From Nitrosopumilus sp. (GTDB taxonomy: Archaea > Thermoproteota > Nitrososphaeria > Nitrososphaerales > Nitrosopumilaceae): a stretch of 64,000 bases of DNA. This document shows positions 22,201-31,380 of this stretch, one piece after another. The stretch covers positions 992,001 through 1,056,000 of the forward strand of contig OZ241857.1 of NCBI GenBank assembly GCA_965203315.1. Direction: 5' to 3'. Each line of letters starts with the position of its first letter. Position 1 is the stretch's first letter. The translations under genes and the position numbers were made by a program. Below the pieces are notes generated by a model. That model made no database searches. It saw only the letters and a program-made list of their open reading frames with translations, and had not been told where the DNA came from.

Positions 22201-24339
22201 AAAAAAGGTCTGAATGAAACTTCTACTAAAACAAAGATTGAAACTTTTCTATTGCACTCTAATCAGCACCCAAGATGAGTCTGAATGAAACTTCTACTAA
22301 AACAAAGATTGAAACTTCTTCATCTTTACATAGGATTGCCAATGCCATTGAGTCTGAATGAAACTTCTACTAAAACAAAGATTGAAACTTGGTACGAGTA
22401 CGACGAGCGTGAAGCAACAAGAGGTCTGAATGAAACTTCTACTAAAACAAAGATTGAAACTTGCTATGCACTTCTAAACATGGCTGGATTGTGTGTCTGA
22501 ATGAAACTTCTACTAAAACAAAGATTGAAACTGTACCTGATATACCTCGTAGTATCGGGTCTCGGGTCTGAATGAAACTTCTACTAAAACAAAGATTGAA
22601 ACTTTGGAAGATCTGAGTAAGAAAGAGTACGGTGCAGTCTGAATGAAACTTCTACTAAAACAAAGATTGAAACCTTCTTTTTTTCATTGATCATTGTTTT
22701 GATGTATTCGTCTGAATGAAACTTCTACTAAAACAAAGATTGAAACAATCAAATATCGCATAAAAATATGCAAAAAAAAAAGAGTCTGAATGAAACTTCT
22801 ACTAAAACAAAGATTGAAACATTAAGCCTATTACGGCTTGATCTCTTTTTTCTTGTCTGAATGAAACTTCTACTAAAACAAAGATTGAAACTATCGTAGA
22901 TACAAACACAGACCTAGAAATCATACGTCTGAATGAAACTTCTACTAAAACAAAGATTGAAACTCATAATATAAGACTTTAGAATTTAAGCCAGAATTGT
23001 CTGAATGAAACTTCTACTAAAACAAAGATTGAAACTAGACACGTACTAGTTATATCCCTCCTTTTTTTATTTGTCTGAATGAAACTTCTACTAAAACAAA
23101 GATTGAAACTGTATATGCCTGATAAATCAATATCAGTCAGGTATAGTCTGAATGAAACTTCTACTAAAACAAAGATTGAAACTTTAGAAGAGCTCTCTTC
23201 TAAACAGTACGGTGCACCTAGTCTGAATGAAACTTCTACTAAAACAAAGATTGAAACCTGATCTGATTCCAGATCATCATCATGTTCTATAGTCTGAATG
23301 AAACTTCTACTAAAACAAAGATTGAAACATGTACAGGTGGGCGGTGGCGTTGGTGATCTTGGCGTGTCTGAATGAAACTTCTACTAAAACAAAGATTGAA
23401 ACGCTCAGGCATCAATGAAGCAACAAATCGTTAACTGTCTGAATGAAACTTCTACTAAAACAAAGATTGAAACATTTTAGATGCTGCGCCAGTTGCGAGT
23501 TGGATTCCGTCTGAATGAAACTTCTACTAAAACAAAGATTGAAACTGTGCCTTCATCGTTTTTCTGTGGGCTGATATCTGTCTGAATGAAACTTCTACTA
23601 AAACAAAGATTGAAACCTGTTTCTGGCATAGTCCATACTTTGTATGTGATTTGTCTGAATGAAACTTCTACTAAAACAAAGATTGAAACCACAATTAACA
23701 AAATACAGAGTGCGTGGTAATAATAGTCTGAATGAAACTTCTACTAAAACAAAGATTGAAACAAACAATTGGAGGTTAAACCATGATAGACGATGAGGTC
23801 TGAATGAAACTTCTACTAAAACAAAGATTGAAACCCAAACAGCACCGTGCAAGAATCACACATGTAGCGGTCTGAATGAAACTTCTACTAAAACAAAGAT
23901 TGAAACTCTGGGATATTAGACGTATTATTAAATCTATCAGGGTCTGAATGAAACTTCTACTAAAACAAAGATTGAAACATGTCTGGTATATTGCTTCGGT
24001 TTGGGTGGTTTTGGTCTGAATGAAACTTCTACTAAAACAAAGATTGAAACATCGTACTTCATCATCGTCGGTGTCAATATCGTGTGTCTGAATGAAACTT
24101 CTACTAAAACAAAGATTGAAACACCCACCACCACTCCTTTTTTCAATATTCTTTCTGGGTCTGAATGAAACTTCTACTAAAACAAAGATTGAAACTTATC
24201 GCACTTCCTATGAACGCTGCCGGTACGTTATGTCTGAATGAAACTTCTACTAAAACAAAGATTGAAACGGAACACAGATGCGTATAAAATATGCCAAATC
24301 TGGTCTGAATGAAACTTCTACTAAAACAAAGATTGAAAT
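19295..24339 (+). CRISPR. CRISPR array, 70 repeats and 69 spacers (about 34-39 bp)
   Basis: 37-bp repeat GTCTGAATGAAACTTCTACTAAAACAAAGATTGAAAC counted by hand; last copy ends GAAAT. Confidence 0.99.
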
Positions 24340-24670
24340 CTTCAGTGGAGTCGCAATTTTTTAATTGCTGAAATAATCGTGTAGATAATTCTAAGACAAT
24401 AAAGATTTAGTTCAAAAACAGATCTAATTTTATATAATTTTGTACAGTGTGCCTGTTAGTTAAAATTGTGAGCACAAAATACACAATTGTCAGTACTAAT
24501 TATGCGCACGATGTTTGATGTATGGAAAACATTAATACTTATTAGACAATATGCGTCATAGTGACGATTTACGCACAATTTAAAACAACAAACAATATTT
24601 CTAAATATAACAATCAAACAAACTACGCAATTGCTAACCAACATGAAATTAAATTCTCAATACGCATTAC

Positions 24671-25538
24671 CAGTACTTCCAACTGTCTGCTTATTAACAA
24701 GCTGCAGCAGCAATCTTTGGCGGAGGCCATTTTTCTCGATAGAGTTCAATGTAATCTAGCACAAGATCTCTGAACGTAAGTTGAGGAATGTGCCACCAAC
24801 CAACATTCAATGGATCATTTTCATCATCTATGTTACGTGCTATGATCCAAGCATTATAAAACAAAAGAGAAAAAGAAAACAACAAATCTCTTACTGATTC
24901 ATTTTTAGTTGTAGTTGGTAATCTCATCTTATCGACTACCCTATATCCAGTTTCAATAACCCATCGCTTTGCGTATTTTTTTGTATCAATTCTTGGATTG
25001 TTTGTTGCGAATGGAATGTAGTCTATTTTACCATCCTTTTCAATTTCTTCTATGATCATGTAATAGTCCATTGACAAGCCTTTGCCATTAGAGATCGTAC
25101 GTTTTGATACTCGTTTACGTTTTCCTTGTTTGTACTCTTCTAGATATCGCCTTGTCTTGGCGTTATTTTGACAGATGGTGAGAAATGTGTAACCTCGACC
25201 TTGCAGCAGCTGCAAGATCTGTGTAGTAAGAAACTCACGATCCATCAACCAGTTACCAATGTCCAGACGCAGATCTTCACAATCTTTGATGATTTTACGC
25301 ACAAAATTGGGGTTTTGGTCTCCTTTGTACATGGCATGTTTTGACACAACTAGTGTTTCGCCTTCGTTTATGACTTGTGCTGTCATGTACTTTTCATGTA
25401 ATGCATATCTGTCGTCAACCGGACCATAGCATAGTTTAGTATCTGTTTTGTCATCATATCGTGCATATTTGTGCAGATCAATTGCTATATCTTTTGGCTC
25501 TTTAGACCAACGACCCATATCTTGTAATGCTGCGATGT
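24671..25538 (-). pseudogene. 5'-truncated ISH3-family element (transposase fragment 24694..25538)
   Basis: IAIDLH, LMDREF, KRWVIETGYR DDE blocks, homologous to 50745..51866; N-terminus replaced by the IS6 end; candidate TIR CAGTACTTCCAAC at 24671. Confidence 0.8.
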
Positions 25539-27042
25539 GGATCTTTTCGATTTACGTTGGATGGATTTTTTTTTACAGACACATCATTGCAAGACTTTAT
25601 GGAATTATTGAAACGAAATATTCAAACTTTGTATTAAAATGTCAATTAAAAAAACACTTGTTATTTAATTCTGTTAGAATTTACTAGACAAATTTAAAAT
25701 TATACAGAGTTTTCACTGCGTTCAGTATTAATGTGCGCCATTTATTTGCTCCTTTTATGATAATTCCAGCTCTGTCGGCTGGTGTGTCACTGTTTAAACC
25801 CATATGTGGTCTAATGTAATTGTAATGTATTCTAATTCCACGAATAAGAAAAGCATTTTTGAAGCCTTTGATTTTTTGTTCAACATGTCTAAACTTTCCA
25901 TTAAAACTCTCCATCTCATTGTTGTGTACATGATCACCTGCCATGTGAATTTCTCTAATGTGAATAGATGACTTGCCTGATTTTGCTTTTGCAAATATCT
26001 TCTTAAACGATGCTTCATAACAAGCTGCGCCATCAGTTATCAGCACAGATGGTGTTTTTTGTGCAATCTTTTCTGCTTCTTTAAATAATTTATTGACTTG
26101 TGCTTTATTTTTCTTCTTGCCAACTTGACTGCCCAGCCAAAACCTTGTTTTACGATCCAGCATCGCAAAGAGATAATGCAGTTTGCCATTGATCTCGAAC
26201 CACACTTCATCAGCATGATATATCTCACCAATTTGAGGTGCGAGTGTTGAAATGTACTCATCCATCAATTTGACGTATCTTACAGTCCAGTCGTGAATGG
26301 TGGTACACCCAACTTTGACACCTTTCTTTGCCAAAAATTGTACGACTTCACTCAAGCTAGATCCTGTAAGATGTAAATGTATTGCATCAGTTACATGCTC
26401 TGGTGACGCGGCTAGTCCCTCAAATCCTACATTTCCAGAAAACGATACCTCGCATATCTTGCAGTAATATTTTTGATTATCATAATTTTTGTTAGGTCTG
26501 ATGCCATTTTTTACAGTCTCTAGTGTGCCACAATGTTTACAACAAATCTTGCCATCATTTAGTGACTCTAGCGTAGTTTCTTTTGTTTTTGTCCCAACCT
26601 CCACTACGATATCAACCATTTTGACATGTTTGCATCTCTTTTTTCCAAACTTGTAGCCTTTACAAGTGCAAAACCAATTTCCTGGTTCACCCATAACATC
26701 GTATGTTTCATCTCCTGTTTGAATCTTGACTTTGTAGTGGTTATCTTGTACTTTTTTGACACACTTGCACATTTCCAAATATTCTTTTGTAGCATCAGAC
26801 ATGCAGATTTGCTCTAGATTTTGCTTCACATGTGTAGTAGAAATATACTAGTATATACCACTTTTTTTAAAAAAAGTTAATTTTTTAGTTAAAAAAATTT
26901 TATTCATTTAAAGTTTTCTATCATATACTAAATTACAAATAGAAATCTAGTAAATATGACGCAATCGCTTTATTTTTGAAGTGTTGGGTAGTTTTAGGAA
27001 AAAGTCGTCTAAAAAACCATCCAACGTAAATCGAAAACATCC
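25539..27042 (-). mobile_element. IS6-family insertion sequence, 1504 bp, no target duplication
   Basis: 26-bp TIR GGAT(C/G)TTTTCGATTTACGTTGGATGG at 25539..25564 and 27017..27042; flanks TGCGATGT and TACACCAA differ. Confidence 0.88.
25684..26829 (-). CDS. IS6-family DDE transposase with N-terminal SWIM and zinc-ribbon motifs
   Basis: CTC..CKH, CKHC..CKIC, TIHDW, HADEVW, ITDG, NNEMESFN..R, HYNYIRPH. Confidence 0.9.
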   Translation of the reverse strand: MKQNLEQICMSDATKEYLEMCKCVKKVQDNHYKVKIQTGDETYDVMGEPGNWFCTCKGYKFGKKRCKHVKMVDIVVEVGTKTKETTLESLNDGKICCKHCGTLETVKNGIRPNKNYDNQKYYCKICEVSFSGNVGFEGLAASPEHVTDAIHLHLTGSSLSEVVQFLAKKGVKVGCTTIHDWTVRYVKLMDEYISTLAPQIGEIYHADEVWFEINGKLHYLFAMLDRKTRFWLGSQVGKKKNKAQVNKLFKEAEKIAQKTPSVLITDGAACYEASFKKIFAKAKSGKSSIHIREIHMAGDHVHNNEMESFNGKFRHVEQKIKGFKNAFLIRGIRIHYNYIRPHMGLNSDTPADRAGIIIKGANKWRTLILNAVKTLYNFKFV

Positions 27043-27300
27043 TACACCAAGACCAATAGGTGTGACCGCTCCTGCCCAAAAACCGAATTCAAACACCAAC
27101 GAGATATTTCCAAGTGAAGAGTTGCCATCAACAGCTTGTGCTGCAAGCATAGTTCCGACCATTGCTAGTGGCAAACTCTTTCCTGCAACTATCAATCTCT
27201 TGCCGCTGTGTCGAACCAGTCTTCCAGCAAGGACACCCACCACGAGTGTGATTACAATGAATACAGTTATTGCAATTCCGAAACCATCAAACTCAACCAA
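27043..27300 (-). pseudogene. Sodium:solute symporter family gene, truncated after about 86 codons by IS6
   Basis: IVAGKSLP..VG.MLAAQAVDGNSSLG..SLVFEFG.WAG resembles the SSS N-terminus; frame runs into the IS6 TIR. Confidence 0.8.
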
Positions 27301-27476
27301 CGGTTATTAGGGAGTAAAAAATTATATAACTTTTAAAAAAACCAAGTATAATACGTTTTACTAATAGAAATTGATTCGTATAATACATTTATGAAATTTT
27401 TCTGTTATCTTTTTACTATTATTGTGAGATAATGGTGATCAAAGTCTTATTTACTAAAAGAACTACAACACATACA

Positions 27477-27641
27477 ATGGATAAACAGTTTGCGTTTGCT
27501 GTATTGCTGATAATAATCGGTGTTGCGTTGAGTCAGTCCGGAACATCAGACTCTTTTTACATAGGTCTAGGATACGGAATTGTCGTGATGGGTTCTTTTT
27601 GGATAGTTTTAAGAATAATTCATGAGATAAGAGCACACTGA
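27477..27641 (+). CDS. Small two-helix membrane protein
   Basis: MDKQFAFAVLLIIIG... two hydrophobic segments. Confidence 0.55.
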   Translation: MDKQFAFAVLLIIIGVALSQSGTSDSFYIGLGYGIVVMGSFWIVLRIIHEIRAH

Positions 27642-27675
27642 AAAATAATATAAGCAATAATGATATTCACTTTGT

Positions 27676-28188
27676 ATGCCTGGAAAAGGGTATTCAACGG
27701 TTGGACTGAAACCAGTGATAATCCAGAAACTCCAAGATATTACAGACAAGAACTATCCTGGGATGTTTCTCCCATCCACACTGATAATAATGATGAATGA
27801 AGTAAAGAAAGGCTACTATTCAGTTGATCCACAAAAGATTCGATTGGATCTCTCTGGTAGATACAATACCATCACTATTCGCTCAGATGTGAAAGAATGG
27901 TTAGAGACTAATCACGAGAGTTTAGGCACGGAATATGAACAGAGATACAGAGTAAAATGCTTTACAAAGTTTGTATCCTACTTTATCATAAACATGATAG
28001 AGTCAAAGCTAAATACTCAAAACCACGTCATAAACATCAAGGAATCTGACTTTGCTTGGCTACATGAAGAGTACCAAAAACAGAAACAAAAGACTTTACC
28101 GACGCCTAGCTTTGAACGATTTGCAGACGTGTACATCAATGATCTCTTTGGTAGAATCAAAGAAGCGAAAAAGATACTAACCATATAA
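27676..28188 (+). CDS. Hypothetical protein with ribbon-helix-helix-like segments
   Basis: MPGKGYSTVGLK and YNTITIRSDV segments resemble the N-terminus of 46409..46801. Confidence 0.65.
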   Translation: MPGKGYSTVGLKPVIIQKLQDITDKNYPGMFLPSTLIIMMNEVKKGYYSVDPQKIRLDLSGRYNTITIRSDVKEWLETNHESLGTEYEQRYRVKCFTKFVSYFIINMIESKLNTQNHVINIKESDFAWLHEEYQKQKQKTLPTPSFERFADVYINDLFGRIKEAKKILTI

Positions 28189-28251
28189 GATCACATATCG
28201 GAATCTAATAGATCACATCTCTAGTGTACATACTATACAATATTAAAAAAA

Positions 28252-28503
28252 TTAGAGTGGAGTCATTGTGTCAATTAGACGTGCATTAGTGACTTGACCA
28301 TCTCTCTCTTGTATCTCAAGATCTACAGTATATTTTAGATCATTGAGCATAAAGTTCACTTGAATGTCCCATGCTTGACGCGGTCCTTTTTCAGGTATTT
28401 GAAATGTCTCATTGATCTTAAAGTCAGCTACGTCTCCGTACAATGCATTGACAACTCGTTTTGACTCACGTTCTATATCTTCAGGAGTACTGACTTGCAT
28501 CAC
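28252..28503 (-). CDS. Hypothetical protein
   Basis: Clean 83-aa ORF with upstream TTTATATT box. Confidence 0.7.
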   Translation of the reverse strand: MMQVSTPEDIERESKRVVNALYGDVADFKINETFQIPEKGPRQAWDIQVNFMLNDLKYTVDLEIQERDGQVTNARLIDTMTPL

Positions 28504-28533
28504 ATATTATACATTATACAAATATAAAAATAT

Positions 28534-29793
28534 TCAAAATAGTCCTAGTCGTTTTAATAACGGCACTTTATTTTGTTGTTCCATATCTGCAATGATCTTG
28601 TTGCGATAATATTCTGCAGTTTGATTGTCAGGATCAATTGCTAGTGCACGGTTATACCACTCTAGTGCTGCATCTAGTCGCTTTTGCGCAAATAATAATC
28701 GCCCCTTATAGCTTAACGCATAAACATATTTTGGATTGATCTCTATGGCCATATCACAGTATCGAAGCGCTACATCATACTGCTTCATGTGTTCAAGAAG
28801 CCAAACCATAGTACATATAGCCTTTACATTCTTGGGATCAATATCTAATGCGCGTTGAATATGAAACATCGCTGCCCCGCGTTCTTTCAGCGAGAATAGT
28901 GCAGTTGCTTTGCTGTACAATGCACGTACATTATCTGGATCATATTCCAATATACGTTCAAAACAATCTACAGCTTTTTGGTACATTCCTGTTCGATCAT
29001 ATACAAGTCCTTTATGAAGCAGTGCTTTTGTACAGTGCGGATCTATCTCTAACGCTTTGTCATAAAACTCAAAGATCTCTTTGTTTGAGAATCCAGCATA
29101 ATCCAACGTCCAACCTTTGGCAACAAGTGCATCTGTATTTCGATGATCTGCATCTATTGCACGAGTATAGAGTTCGATGGCAGTTTGGTGTCTACCCAAA
29201 CTAGCTAGATCCCTACCCTGTTCAAACAATACACGAGATCGTTGACTATCTTGTTCTGCCGCTTGCTCAAACAACAGTATTGCTTCATCTTGTCTACCTA
29301 TCCTTCCAAGTATCAATCCCTTTTGATACAATGCAAAAGACAGTGTAGGATCTATCGATAATGCACGGTCTACCATCAACAACGCTGTATCATTATCATC
29401 TAGATCACTATAACAAGACGAGATTACGACCATAGCATCTACATGATCTGAATCTAGCTTTAATGAATCTCCAAGGACGGTGATCGCTTCTAGATATCTT
29501 TCGTCTTTATGTAAAGAACAACCTTTATGATATAATGCATAGTGGTTATCTACATCTATCTTTAAAATCGCATCAAAACATAATATTGCGTCTTTGTACT
29601 TTGACATCTTGTATAACGTTACTCCTTTATGCATCAATGCTTTGATATTCTGTGGTTCTTTTGCAAGAACTTTGTTAAATGTAGATACTGCTTTCTTGTA
29701 TTGATTATACATTTGATACTCGATTCCTTGGTCGATGTAATGTGAGATATCATGCATTGGAATAATTAGGAATTCGTCATTATTATAGTTCAA
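28534..29793 (-). CDS. Tetratricopeptide repeat protein (about 11 TPRs)
   Basis: 34-aa periodic ALxxKG..L..Y..A...F/Y..AL.IDP; start probably MHDISHY. Confidence 0.93.
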   Translation of the reverse strand: MNYNNDEFLIIPMHDISHYIDQGIEYQMYNQYKKAVSTFNKVLAKEPQNIKALMHKGVTLYKMSKYKDAILCFDAILKIDVDNHYALYHKGCSLHKDERYLEAITVLGDSLKLDSDHVDAMVVISSCYSDLDDNDTALLMVDRALSIDPTLSFALYQKGLILGRIGRQDEAILLFEQAAEQDSQRSRVLFEQGRDLASLGRHQTAIELYTRAIDADHRNTDALVAKGWTLDYAGFSNKEIFEFYDKALEIDPHCTKALLHKGLVYDRTGMYQKAVDCFERILEYDPDNVRALYSKATALFSLKERGAAMFHIQRALDIDPKNVKAICTMVWLLEHMKQYDVALRYCDMAIEINPKYVYALSYKGRLLFAQKRLDAALEWYNRALAIDPDNQTAEYYRNKIIADMEQQNKVPLLKRLGLF

Positions 29794-29913
29794 ACGTATA
29801 TTACATAATTTTTCATCTTAAATTAACGATTTACTCGTAAAACTTTGACAATTTTTTCGTAATTTACTTGGAATCTTTAATTAGATCATATGTGTAATTA
29901 TATTTGATTCAAT

Positions 29914-31029
29914 ATGGGAATGGAGTTTTATGGAGATGATTATAGAGGAACAGATGTTGCTCCATTTGTTGGAATTAATACATTCTTACATTTACCTTGG
30001 ATAAGAACACATAAAGAATTACTAGATGTAAAACCAGATGTCGCGATAATTGGAGAACCGTTTGATTTTGGAACAACCATACGTCCAGGAGCTAGATATG
30101 GACCGCGTGCAATAAGAGCTGCATCGACTATTCCATCTCCACCATATGAGCGGTTTAATATTGAGACCGGCGCTGATCCATTTGGAACATTTAGAACGGT
30201 TGACTATGGAGACGTACTTGTATCCCCAGGTGATGTAATCGAGTCACATAAACGTATGACGCAAAAAGTAAAAGAAGTACTAGAAGCAGATGGTATTCCA
30301 GTAATGCTTGGGGGGGATCACTCGATAACATATGCAAATGTTCGTGCATTTGCAAAAAAGTACAAAAACATCGGTATGATCCATTTTGATACACATTCAG
30401 ACTGTGCCAAACAGGGCCTTACCGGATACAAGTACGATCATGGCGCACATATTAGAAGAATAATGGAGATGGGTTGTCTAAAAGGAAAAAATTATTCACT
30501 TGTAGGTCCACGCGGATATTGGCCAGGTCCTGATCTGTACAAATGGATGGCAGATCAAGACTTTCAATGGTTTACAATGCTCGATGTCGAAGAGTTGGGT
30601 ATAGACTATATCGCAAAAGAGATAGCAGATCGTGCAAACGATGGTACAGATGCAGTATACCTAAGTTGGGATATTGATTCGTTTGATCCTGCATATGCAC
30701 CTGGAACAGGTGAGCCTGAACCAAACGGCCTCACGTCTCGCGAAGGAATACGTATGATCCGTTTACTATCAAAGTCATTTGATCCAGATCGATTTGCGGT
30801 AGACGTGGTCGAGATATCACCAGCATATGACGTTAGCGACTCTAGCTCATACAATGGTGGGATCACATCAGGATTAGGTCAAAGACTAATAGTCGAGTTG
30901 TTAGCTGGACTCTCACTAACAAAACGTGGTCTAGATGGAGGAAGTCCTGTACGGCCACATGATTACAGAGGTACAGGCCACACATACAGTTTTGGTAACC
31001 CTAGAGCTGAAATTCCAAAGAGGGACTAG
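29914..31029 (+). CDS. Ureohydrolase (agmatinase/guanidino-hydrolase family)
   Basis: GEPFD.GT..RPGARYGP, GGDHSIT, HFDTHSD, SWDIDSFDPAYAPGTG.PEP.G, DVVEISP. Confidence 0.93.
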   Translation: MGMEFYGDDYRGTDVAPFVGINTFLHLPWIRTHKELLDVKPDVAIIGEPFDFGTTIRPGARYGPRAIRAASTIPSPPYERFNIETGADPFGTFRTVDYGDVLVSPGDVIESHKRMTQKVKEVLEADGIPVMLGGDHSITYANVRAFAKKYKNIGMIHFDTHSDCAKQGLTGYKYDHGAHIRRIMEMGCLKGKNYSLVGPRGYWPGPDLYKWMADQDFQWFTMLDVEELGIDYIAKEIADRANDGTDAVYLSWDIDSFDPAYAPGTGEPEPNGLTSREGIRMIRLLSKSFDPDRFAVDVVEISPAYDVSDSSSYNGGITSGLGQRLIVELLAGLSLTKRGLDGGSPVRPHDYRGTGHTYSFGNPRAEIPKRD

Positions 31030-31380
31030 ATGATAACCGTTATAGTTCAGGGCGCTCCTGATACTAGACCATTATGCAGATCATTTGATTACAACTCTGA
31101 CATAATGTCATCTAGATTGACAACTATACGTGAGCGCCTGATGAGTAACACTCCATTAAACTTTGATGAGACAATACTCTTGTTTGCAGCATTTGTATCC
31201 GAATCAAGAGATCATACTTTGATTCAAGATCAGATTCGTAAGATTCTCCTACCCCATCAAGTTATGATTGGAGTGCCAGAGAGTATCTACAAGATGACAT
31301 TTCACATAAAAGACAAGACCATCACGATCATAGAGCCCATCGCGATATACTCATACTCGATGAGTGGAGATCTAAGTTGA
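31030..31380 (+). CDS. Divergent urease gamma-subunit-like protein
   Basis: LNFDETILL..SESRD..RKILLPHQVMIGVPESI..TITIIEPI aligns by eye with UreA LNYPEA..EGARDG..ILTREDVMEGVPEMI..VTVHNPI. Confidence 0.7.
   Translation: MITVIVQGAPDTRPLCRSFDYNSDIMSSRLTTIRERLMSNTPLNFDETILLFAAFVSESRDHTLIQDQIRKILLPHQVMIGVPESIYKMTFHIKDKTITIIEPIAIYSYSMSGDLS

Noticed and set aside
23329-23365. Possible self-targeting spacer: TGTACAGGTGGGC also occurs near 48340
   Set aside because: Only 13 bp match and the remainder diverges; compatible with chance
19421-24146. Many short ORFs with recurring LNETSTKTKIET, FNLCFSRSFIQT or VSIFVLVEVSFR peptides
   Set aside because: Translations of the CRISPR repeat, not genes
24340-24670. 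Second leader, tracrRNA-like anti-repeat or further IS ends after the array
   Set aside because: No complementarity to the repeat and no matching partner TIR found
26947-27042. C-terminal 30 residues of the 117-aa ORF 26947..27300
   Set aside because: Read-through into the IS6 terminal repeat, not part of the symporter
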